42,063 nucleotides of DNA from Candidatus Poribacteria bacterium (GTDB lineage: Bacteria > Poribacteria > WGA-4E > JAJRTO01). Shown here piece by piece: positions 18,577-26,355 of the stretch (positions are counted from its first letter, which is position 1; each line of letters starts with the position of its first letter). The stretch is from assembly GCA_024278235.1 (NCBI GenBank), contig JAJRTO010000107.1, positions 1 through 42,063 on the forward strand, given 5' to 3'. The notes under the pieces were generated by a model, which did no database searches, had not been told where the DNA came from, and saw only the letters and a list, made by a program, of their open reading frames with translations. Both the position numbers and the translations under genes were made by a program.

Positions 18577-20303
18577 TAGTCCGTACCTCTATTCACAATA
18601 CGGTGGATGTCCTGGTCCGTCGTTTCGCCTTCAATTACAGTGATCTGCTGGTTTGCAGGTACATTGTTCAATTGCTGCACGATTCCACTGGGCCAACGCA
18701 ACTCGACAAGATCCACCACCTCACTGTTACCCAATCCGAACAGAACCCGTCGATCATTGGTACTGCAATAACTTGAGCCGCCACGCACATCCCGCATCTG
18801 TTTGTGGTTATCGTGCCAGATGCGAATGCGTGTGCCGATGCCATCCCGGTTGCTCTGCCTGCCGACAGTCTTGATACGGAGCCAGTGTTGACGATTCCCC
18901 CCATCGTTGCGTAACAGAATTGCAGGATGGTTGGAATTCACGATGAAAATATCCGTATCCCCATCGTTATCGTAATCACCAAAGGTTACGCCGCGTCCCA
19001 CATGTTGACTGCGGAAATATGCGCCGCTGTCCGCTGACACATCGATGAAAGTGCCATCACCGTTGTTGCTGAAAAGCTGGTCAGGTTGTGGATAGGTGAG
19101 AGCATCTGAGAAGTATTTCACAGTATCCATGATGTGTCCATTGGCAACAAACAGGTCAAGATCCCCATCGTTATCGTAGTCGAAGAAACTTGTGCCAAAG
19201 CCAACATAAAAATAACCCGGTCTGGCAAGTCCAGTAGCCTCCGTTACATCCGTAAAGAAGTCACCTTCATTCCGGTAGAGCGTGTTGAATTCGTAGGCGA
19301 AGTTGGTGACAAAGATATCCATCCATCCATCGTTGTCATAATCACCCGAGTCGACTCCCATCCCGGCCATCGTATTACCAGCTTCATCGTAGCTGACACC
19401 AACCAACATACCTACCTCGGTCAATGTGCCATTGCCATTGTTCTGATACAGAAAATTACGCGCCTTGTCATTGGCAACATAGATATCCGACAGACCATCA
19501 TTGTTGTAGTCTGCAATAGTGACTCCGAGTCCTCGACCTTCTCTATCAAAGCGTATGCTCCCCAGAATTGCCTCATCCATGATGTCGGTAAACGTACCAT
19601 CACCGTTATTACGGTAGAGGATGTCCTTCGCCCCATCGTAATAGATCGGATTACAGTACGCTGGAATCCCATCCTGTGCACAGGATTCGACTGCCTCCAT
19701 GTCGGGATTGACGTAGTTAGCAACGTAGAGATCCAGATCACCATCCCTATCGAAGTCTACGAACGCGGAGCCTGTACCACATCCGATATCTCCGACACCT
19801 GCCCTCCCGGTAACATCTGTGAAAGTGCCATCTCCATTGTTTTCGTACAGGATGTTGCGGCCGTAGTTAGTAATATACAGATCGGGGTCTCCGTCATTAT
19901 CATAGTCCGCTGCCGACACACCGATCCCGTATCCTGTATCTCCTACACCGGCCATGTCGGTAACGTCCGTGAATTTACCGCTGCCGTCGTTACAATAGAG
20001 TGTGTTGCGGGATGGGGCATCAGGACCTGTACCGGGCACTTCTCCGCTATTCACAATGTAAAGATCGAGATCACCGTCGTTATCGTAATCGAAGAACGCA
20101 GCACCTGAGCCGAGAGTTTCCACGACATACCGTCGCTCTGTAATACCGCTGTTGTGGTGGAAGTTTATCCCCGACTCCACTGTCGCGTCCACAAAGACCA
20201 CCTTTGCCTCCGAGGCGAAAATCATCCGGGATCCCTGAGCATATATCCAGGCAATGAGTAGTACGGACAAAGCATGGAGTGTATAACGAGGCAACAGGGA
20301 CAT
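18576..20303 (-). CDS. CRTAC1-family protein (FG-GAP/VCBS repeats plus ASPIC/UnbV), second paralogue
   Basis: Same architecture as 14741-16372. C-terminal NRQHWLRIKTVGRQSNRDGIGTRIRI. Signal peptide present. Confidence 0.85.
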   Translation of the reverse strand: MSLLPRYTLHALSVLLIAWIYAQGSRMIFASEAKVVFVDATVESGINFHHNSGITERRYVVETLGSGAAFFDYDNDGDLDLYIVNSGEVPGTGPDAPSRNTLYCNDGSGKFTDVTDMAGVGDTGYGIGVSAADYDNDGDPDLYITNYGRNILYENNGDGTFTDVTGRAGVGDIGCGTGSAFVDFDRDGDLDLYVANYVNPDMEAVESCAQDGIPAYCNPIYYDGAKDILYRNNGDGTFTDIMDEAILGSIRFDREGRGLGVTIADYNNDGLSDIYVANDKARNFLYQNNGNGTLTEVGMLVGVSYDEAGNTMAGMGVDSGDYDNDGWMDIFVTNFAYEFNTLYRNEGDFFTDVTEATGLARPGYFYVGFGTSFFDYDNDGDLDLFVANGHIMDTVKYFSDALTYPQPDQLFSNNGDGTFIDVSADSGAYFRSQHVGRGVTFGDYDNDGDTDIFIVNSNHPAILLRNDGGNRQHWLRIKTVGRQSNRDGIGTRIRIWHDNHKQMRDVRGGSSYCSTNDRRVLFGLGNSEVVDLVELRWPSGIVQQLNNVPANQQITVIEGETTDQDIHRIVNRGTD

Positions 20304-20351
20304 CCTTTCACTGTCTCACTTTCTCACCGTCTCGTTTTCCCGTTTTTCCCC

Positions 20352-20380
20352 TTGAAAAGATAGTTATCATCTGATACAAT
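20352..20380 (+). promoter_or_regulatory. Sigma70-like promoter
   Basis: TTGAAA (20352-20357), a 17-nt spacer, then TACAAT (20375-20380). Confidence 0.55.
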
Positions 20381-20419
20381 CTGGCGATAAATCAGCCAAG
20401 CATTCATGAGGTAACACAA

Positions 20420-20581
20420 ATGAGTCCAAAGCGGTTCATGCGGATCGTCTTTCGTCGTCGGCGACTGATACCTGAGGATGCAGCGTGGTTTCTGAGAACC
20501 CGGCGGATGGTTGCCTACGTACTCTACCTGCTTTTCGCGTTGCTCGCCAGTTGGTTCCTGTTGTCAATGGCGCGTCTATAA
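20420..20581 (+). CDS. 53-aa basic single-TM mini-protein (below the ORF-track length cutoff)
   Basis: MSPKRFMRIVFRRRRLIPEDAAWFLRTRRMVAYVLYLLFALLASWFLLSMARL. GAGG 8 nt upstream of the ATG, and a consensus-like promoter 40 nt upstream. Confidence 0.45.
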   Translation: MSPKRFMRIVFRRRRLIPEDAAWFLRTRRMVAYVLYLLFALLASWFLLSMARL

Positions 20582-20589
20582 CCGGATCA

Positions 20590-21363
20590 TCAAGTCTCTC
20601 TGATGTAATTCACCGCATTCCGAAAGATCGACAACCCATCTCCCTCATCCGGCAACGGTTGCCGTGTCCATCGAGGATGGTTGAGGCGCGATAGATAGCG
20701 TTCTGGGTGGGGCATCATGCCGAAGATGCGTCCCGTTGGATCACAGATTCCCGCGATGGCGTGGTCAGATCCATTGGGATTGGCAGGATATTCTGCAGGA
20801 GAGCCGTCTGCGTTCACATAGCGAAACACGACCTGTTGCTGTGTTTCCACTGCGTCGAGAACAGGGGAGGACGCCGTGAATTTGCCCTCTGCATGCGCGA
20901 CAGGTAGGTAGATGATATCTGCTGTGTCTCTGGTGAACACACAAGGACTCGTTTCCAATTTCAGATACACCCACCGGCATTCAAATCTGGCAGAATCGTT
21001 GAGATAGAGAGTCGCCTGTTGCTGAGATGTGTTTCTCCCGGGGAGCAGCCCTGTTTTTACCAACACTTGAAAACCGTTGCAGATACCGATCACCAACTTG
21101 CCGGCATCGACGAAAGCAAGCATCGCATCTCTCAGTTTGTGCCTGATTTCATTTGCCAGCAGTGAGCCTGCTGCGATATCATCGCCATAGGAAAATCCAC
21201 CGGGCAATACCAGGATTTGGAATTCATCAAGTCTCCGACGCCTGGAGATAAATGTGTTGACATGCACACGTTCAGGCACGGCGCCGGCAAGCTCAAAGGC
21301 ATAGGCCGTCTCATAGTCACAATTGGTGCCCGCTGTGCGCAGTATCAGAACCTTTGGTTTCAT
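20590..21363 (-). CDS. purQ: Phosphoribosylformylglycinamidine synthase, glutaminase subunit
   Basis: MKPKVLILRTAGTNCD, catalytic GICNGFQ, and a C-terminal HPER motif. AAGGA upstream of ATG at 21363. Confidence 0.9.
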   Translation of the reverse strand: MKPKVLILRTAGTNCDYETAYAFELAGAVPERVHVNTFISRRRRLDEFQILVLPGGFSYGDDIAAGSLLANEIRHKLRDAMLAFVDAGKLVIGICNGFQVLVKTGLLPGRNTSQQQATLYLNDSARFECRWVYLKLETSPCVFTRDTADIIYLPVAHAEGKFTASSPVLDAVETQQQVVFRYVNADGSPAEYPANPNGSDHAIAGICDPTGRIFGMMPHPERYLSRLNHPRWTRQPLPDEGDGLSIFRNAVNYIRET

Positions 21364-21374
21364 GTACTTTATCC

Positions 21375-23771
21375 TTACCAATCGAACGTTTCCTGCCAGG
21401 CAGCCTTGCATCGGGCTATCGGAAGGCTCAAGACGACCTCTGCATCCATCCCACGGACAACCAATTGAGGCTGCTCTGTTACCCGACCAATGCAGCCACA
21501 GGGAACATCCCTCATGAGGGATTCAAATCGCGCACGATCCTCGGGAGTCACTTCAACCAGGAACCGGCTATTGGACTCGGAAAAAAGGAGCCTGTCATTG
21601 CGTTCCATGTCATCCGCACATGGAACATCCACCAGAGAGATCTCGATTCCAAGCCCACCTGCGAACGCCATCTCCGCAGCCGCCACGCCAATGCCTCCCT
21701 CTGAACAATCGTGACAGGCCCTCACAAGCCCTTCGGATATGGCGGTGCTGAGCGATTGCATGGTTCGTTTGCCTTCTTCGGCGCGCACCTGAGGGACACG
21801 GTTTCCGATGAATCCATGAAGCGCGTAATAGTGCGAGCCTCCCAGTTCATCGTGGGTATTTCCCAGCACGTAGATCCAGTTGCCCGTATGCTTGGCATCC
21901 ATCGAAACGGCATGAGCGACATCTTCCATCACGCAGATGGCGGAAATGAGCAGCGTTCCCGGGATCGCCATCTGTTCGCCTGTGACACTATCCCGATATT
22001 CGTTGTTCAGGCTATCTTTGCCAGAGATAAAAGGCGTTCCATATATTCTGGCGATGTCATAGCATGCTTTGGCGGCACGAACGAAACCACCGAGTCGGTC
22101 CGGTTTGTCAGGGTTCCCCCAACTGAAGTTATCCAGCAGAGCGGTTCTTTCCAGATTTCCACCCACAGCGATCACATTACGCAATGCCTCATCGATAGCG
22201 GAGGCGGCCATCCAGTAGGGATCGATGTCGCTGTACTTGGGGTTCAAGCCGTTGGAGATGATGACACCACGGTGGGAACCGAGCACAGGTGTCACGATGC
22301 ACGCATCTCCCGGTCCATCATTCTCAATCCCCTGCAACGGCTTGAGCACACTCGCGCCCTGGACTTCGTGATCGTACTGACGGATGACCCATTCTTTGCT
22401 GGCCACGTTCGGCGCACGTAAGATGTCCAACAACGCAGGACCAAGATCTTCGGGATATGGAATGTCCGGTTCGACGTGCTCCGGCGGCGACCACACCGCT
22501 TTTCTGGTAATGCGCGGTACCCCCTCATGCAAAAACTCCATATCGAGTTCCGCAAGAAGTTGATCCTCATCATAGACCTGGAGTTTGTGAGTGTCCGTGA
22601 ACTCGCCGATAATCGTGGCCTCCACATCCTCGTCCGCGAAGATGTGGAGAAGTTCATCCAGGTTTTCTGACGGAACTGCGAGTACCATACGTTCCTGGGC
22701 TTCTGAGAGCCATATCTCCCAGGGCGCGAGACCTTCGTATTTGAGCGGGACAGTCTTCAAGTGGACACGCGCACCCACAGGTTCGCCCATTTCGCCCACA
22801 GCCGAAGAGAGTCCGCCGGCCCCACAATCCGTGATATTCCGGTAAAGCTGCCGATCCCGGGCTTGCATCAGGGCATCGGTGACCTTCTTTTCGACAATGG
22901 GGTTGCCGATCTGTACCGCGCTGCCCAAATCCTGTGATGTCTCGTCGAGTTCCAGTGAGGAGAACGTAGCCCCATGAATACCATCCCGGCCCGTTTTCCC
23001 TCCAACGACGACGATCTTATCGCCAGGACAGACGTGCTTTTCGCAACGATCTATTGGGATCAGACCCAGATTTCCACAGTAGACAAGTGGATTAGCCGTA
23101 TAGCGTTTGTCAAACAGGATCGCTCCGTTGGCAGTGGGAATACCCATACGATTGCCATAGTCGCGGACACCTGCAACGACCCCCTTGAAGATGCGCTTCG
23201 GATGCAGGCTTCCACGCGGGACTTCATCGTACGGCATATCCGGCATCCCAAAACAAAACACATCTGTGTTGAGGATCGGTTTGGCTCCCAGCCCGGCGCC
23301 CAGCGTATCCCGGATCACCCCCCCGATCCCCGTGCCCGCGCCTCCATAGGGTTCCAATGCCGAAGGATGATTATGCGTCTCGACCTTGAACGTCAGATTG
23401 TAGTTCTCATCGAACTCGATGATGCCCGCATTATCCTTGAAGACGGAAACGCACCAGGGTTTGCTCAATTCGTTCGTAACGCGCATGACCGTGTGTTTGA
23501 GCAAATTGTCGATGAGTTCAGAATGTTCGCCTTCGCAATACTCGATCACTCCCCGGAAGGTCTTATGCACACAATGCTCCGACCAGGTTTGGGCAAGCGT
23601 TTCTAGCTCCACATCGGTGGGATTGCGTCCCAGACGCCGGAAATAATCCTGAATTGCTTGCATCTCGGCAAGGTTCAGTGAGAGAACTCCCTCCCGACTA
23701 ATTTCCATCAGGCGTGAATCATCCGCATCGATCAGTTCAATCTGCTGCACGCTTGGTAGGGCATGACTCAT
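21375..23771 (-). CDS. purL: Phosphoribosylformylglycinamidine synthase subunit II
   Basis: 798 aa with SEHCVHKTF and ETHNHPSALEPYGGAGTGIGGVIRD motifs. Confidence 0.93.
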   Translation of the reverse strand: MSHALPSVQQIELIDADDSRLMEISREGVLSLNLAEMQAIQDYFRRLGRNPTDVELETLAQTWSEHCVHKTFRGVIEYCEGEHSELIDNLLKHTVMRVTNELSKPWCVSVFKDNAGIIEFDENYNLTFKVETHNHPSALEPYGGAGTGIGGVIRDTLGAGLGAKPILNTDVFCFGMPDMPYDEVPRGSLHPKRIFKGVVAGVRDYGNRMGIPTANGAILFDKRYTANPLVYCGNLGLIPIDRCEKHVCPGDKIVVVGGKTGRDGIHGATFSSLELDETSQDLGSAVQIGNPIVEKKVTDALMQARDRQLYRNITDCGAGGLSSAVGEMGEPVGARVHLKTVPLKYEGLAPWEIWLSEAQERMVLAVPSENLDELLHIFADEDVEATIIGEFTDTHKLQVYDEDQLLAELDMEFLHEGVPRITRKAVWSPPEHVEPDIPYPEDLGPALLDILRAPNVASKEWVIRQYDHEVQGASVLKPLQGIENDGPGDACIVTPVLGSHRGVIISNGLNPKYSDIDPYWMAASAIDEALRNVIAVGGNLERTALLDNFSWGNPDKPDRLGGFVRAAKACYDIARIYGTPFISGKDSLNNEYRDSVTGEQMAIPGTLLISAICVMEDVAHAVSMDAKHTGNWIYVLGNTHDELGGSHYYALHGFIGNRVPQVRAEEGKRTMQSLSTAISEGLVRACHDCSEGGIGVAAAEMAFAGGLGIEISLVDVPCADDMERNDRLLFSESNSRFLVEVTPEDRARFESLMRDVPCGCIGRVTEQPQLVVRGMDAEVVLSLPIARCKAAWQETFDW

Positions 23772-24844
23772 TGCGTCTTTTCAGCCTCCAGTTGCTGTTT
23801 TTGCCATTGGTAGTCCACAGATCCTTCATAAAAGCGTTCCGGATGTTCTACAGCCCAGATCTGCTTATGAATGATCCAGTTATTGGGATCCAGCTCAAGC
23901 GCCTTTCGCCATTCTGTCATCGCCTCATCCTGTTTGTCTTTGCGGAGCAACAGCAATCCAAGTTGAAAGCGGAGTTTGGCTTCCTCGAGTTCCGGTGTCT
24001 GTCTGGTCGCCGCCGATGGTTTGCCATGTTCTGCGATGAGTTTCGCCTCATAATCAGCATCCGTCAACCAGCGTTCCAACTCCTCTTGAGTCTCTTTGTC
24101 GGCGATATTGACACTGAAAGGTCCTTTGACAAGAACTCCGTTCTCGTTCACGAGCAGAGCATAGGGAATTGCTTTGAGGCCATACAGATTGCCAAGCACA
24201 TTCTCCTGATCCACAAGTGTGGTAAACGTCGCGTTGGCCACTTCATGCCACGGTCGAGCCACTTTAGCCCCCTGGGCATCCAGGGCGATAGAAACCACGT
24301 TGAGTTGATCCTGATGGGTCGAATAGAACGCTTGCCACCCGGGCAATTGATGCCGGCAGCCTCACCAGGAGCCCCAAATATATACGACGGTCTTTTTACC
24401 CCGGAAATCGGAGAGCGCGTACGGTTTGCCATCCAGATCGGGCAGGACAAAATCGGGAGCCAGTTTCCCCTGATCGCTACTCGTCTCGGTAACATTCTGC
24501 CGGATCCCACCAAACCGCTGCGAACGCAGTCCAAGCGCGTCCGCGATCCAGAGGAGATCCACCAGTTCAACACCGTTGACTGAACGGGTTGCATCGGCAT
24601 CCAGGAACAAGCACTGATCCTGTCTACAGAAAACCCGACGGCCACCGCGATCTTCCACCTTCGCATCGAGCACATCCGTGAGTGTCTCCAAAGATGTCCA
24701 GAGCCTTTCCCCCTGTAACAACAGAATCGGTGTCTCTTTCGCTTGAGCAATCGTTGCGGGCATACTTTGCCACCTTCCTACAAACAAGATCGTGGAACCG
24801 ATCAGGAAAAACATCACGAGGAGTAAAACCTTGTAGTTTCGCAC
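23768..24844 (-). CDS. TlpA/ResA-like thioredoxin-fold protein (TM anchor, stalk-like domain, redoxin domain, C-terminal TPR) interrupted by one in-frame TGA
   Basis: The two track ORFs (24362..24856 and 23768..24346) share a frame. The junction reads [43 protein letters not shown] cis-Pro loop (KAIPYALLV) lies downstream. GTG at 24844 has GGGAGG 4 nt upstream. The stop overlaps the purL ATG (ATGA). Confidence 0.6.
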
Positions 24845-24892
24845 TGAGCCTCCCAAAAAAACAGCATGATTGAGTCAGCCATCGTGATTATC

Positions 24893-24922
24893 ATTCTACA
24901 AGAGACGCTGAGTCCCTGTCAA
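24893..24922 (-). promoter_or_regulatory. Sigma70-like promoter for the TlpA-like/purLQ operon
   Basis: Minus strand reads TTGACA (24922-24917), an 18-nt spacer, then TAGAAT (24898-24893). Confidence 0.5.
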
Positions 24923-24944
24923 GGCTGAAACGTGCTCCACAGAA

Positions 24945-25079
24945 ATTCCCCGGCTTCTTGAGGTTCCCTGCCAATGTGTGGATAGCTTACCACCCTCCGG
25001 AAAAACAGGTAGCGCGGACAGCTTGTCTGCGCAGGATGACGCGTCTGTGCACAGACAAGCTGTCTGTGCTACTTGAAAA
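24945..25079 (+). repeat. Dispersed intergenic hairpin element of about 134 bp, copy B
   Basis: Aligns with 9811-9943 with about 8 substitutions and 1 indel by eye. It has the same 13-bp inverted repeat core. Confidence 0.9.
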
Positions 25080-25087
25080 CCGTAGAC

Positions 25088-25117
25088 TTGACAAACCCAG
25101 AACAGATACAGTAAAGT
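25088..25117 (+). promoter_or_regulatory. Possible sigma70-like promoter for nadA
   Basis: TTGACA (25088-25093), an 18-nt spacer, then TAAAGT (25112-25117). Confidence 0.4.
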
Positions 25118-25173
25118 TATATCAATTTTCAGGGAGGAATGCACTGAAACTCAATAGATACTGGTGAGAAGCT

Positions 25174-26262
25174 ATGGTTTTCCAACCAATACCTAAGAAG
25201 TATTACGAGCTGTCAGAGATTGAGCTTTATGAACGCATCCGTGGTGTCAAGCAAACGCTGGGAGAGCGTCTTGTCATACTGGGGCATCACTATCAACGGG
25301 ATGAGGTGATCCAGTTTGCCGATTTTCGTGGAGATTCACTCAGACTTTCACAACTTGCTGCCGGCCAACCCAATGCAGACTATATTGTTTTTTGTGGTGT
25401 GCATTTTATGGCCGAGACAGCAGATATTCTGAGTGCACCTCATCAGAAGGTTTGTTTGCCAGATTTGAATGCCGGTTGTCATATGGCTGATATGGCCGAT
25501 CTGGATAGCGTTGAAGATAGTTGGGAAGAACTGACGGAGGTCTGTGGGGAAAGTATTGTTCCGATCACCTATATCAACTCCGCAGCCGATTTGAAGGCAT
25601 TCTGCGGGGCACATGGTGGCGTTGTGTGTACATCATCCAACGCACCTTCTATCATGGGGTGGGCATTTACGCAGAAAGAGAAAGTTTTCTTTTTTCCGGA
25701 TGAACATCTGGGACGCAACACGGGTGTCAAACATGGAATCCCTGTGGAAGAGATGATCCTCTGGGATCCACAACTGGACCTCGGCGGACATACTCCCGAA
25801 GAAATTGAAAATGCCAGGATCTTCCTCTGGAAGGGGAACTGTCCTGTTCATCAACTGTTCACCGTTAATCAGATCCATCGTATTCGCAAACAGATCCCGG
25901 ACATCCAGGTGATCGTGCATCCTGAATGCCGACGGGAAGTTGTCGAGCTTGCAGATATCGATGGTTCGACCGCATTTATCATCCGCACCATTGAGGCGGC
26001 TCCTGCTGGCAGCAAATGGGCCGTCGGTACAGAATTACATCTGGTACGCCGACTTGCAAAGGAGCATCCAGATAAACTTATCATCTCCGTTGATCCGAAT
26101 ATGTGTCTTTGTACTACGATGAATCGTATCGATGTTCCTCATGTGGCGTGGACTCTGGAGAACCTGCTAGATGATGAGGTCGTGAATCACATCGTGGTGA
26201 CTGAAGAAGATGCAAAGTGGGCAAAGATCGCCCTGGATCGCATGCTCGATCTCTCCAACTGA
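25174..26262 (+). CDS. nadA: Quinolinate synthase
   Basis: 362 aa. Typical long-form NadA features: ILGHHYQRDEV, FCGVHFMAETADIL and VHPEC. Confidence 0.9.
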   Translation: MVFQPIPKKYYELSEIELYERIRGVKQTLGERLVILGHHYQRDEVIQFADFRGDSLRLSQLAAGQPNADYIVFCGVHFMAETADILSAPHQKVCLPDLNAGCHMADMADLDSVEDSWEELTEVCGESIVPITYINSAADLKAFCGAHGGVVCTSSNAPSIMGWAFTQKEKVFFFPDEHLGRNTGVKHGIPVEEMILWDPQLDLGGHTPEEIENARIFLWKGNCPVHQLFTVNQIHRIRKQIPDIQVIVHPECRREVVELADIDGSTAFIIRTIEAAPAGSKWAVGTELHLVRRLAKEHPDKLIISVDPNMCLCTTMNRIDVPHVAWTLENLLDDEVVNHIVVTEEDAKWAKIALDRMLDLSN

Positions 26263-26355
26263 AATTCGTTCGTCATCCCTTCTGACTTCTTGAAGTTACC
26301 AACAAGAGTGGGACGTCTCCATAGAGTCTCTCGAAAACGATGAGAGAAGGATCCG

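Noticed and set aside
19134-20108. Long antisense or alternative-frame ORFs: 19134..20108 and 15563..16357 opposite the CRTAC1 genes, 26605..27660 opposite PFOR alpha, 23714..24583 opposite the TlpA-like gene, 32468..33283 and 31986..32750 over the acylase, 39000..39461 opposite cysK, and 184..699 opposite the membrane protein
   Set aside because: Each overlaps a gene with strong family motifs on the other strand or frame. Their translations are low-complexity. They are explained by stop-poor complements of Asp/Asn/Gly-rich repeat codons or by high GC.
24362-24364. Alternative genetic code (TGA read as Trp or Gly) as the explanation for the in-frame TGA
   Set aside because: TGA terminates several well-defined genes in this window at the expected protein ends (accC, accB, aroC, nadA, the vWA protein). 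A global reassignment is therefore not supported.
24896-25144. Small ORF 24896..25144 and the N-terminal extension of 8742..9968 share the peptide GKL(P/S)THWQGT(A/S)RSRGIS, hinting at a conserved mini-protein
   Set aside because: The shared peptide is a by-product of the 134-bp DNA repeat. An indel between the copies shifts the frame upstream of it, and the differences are non-synonymous. Both ORFs also run across predicted promoters.
25131-25147. AGGGAGG followed by ATG-CAC-TGA, a possible two-codon leader ORF upstream of nadA
   Set aside because: The SD-to-ATG spacing is only about 1 nt, and a two-codon ORF has no supporting evidence. It is probably coincidental.
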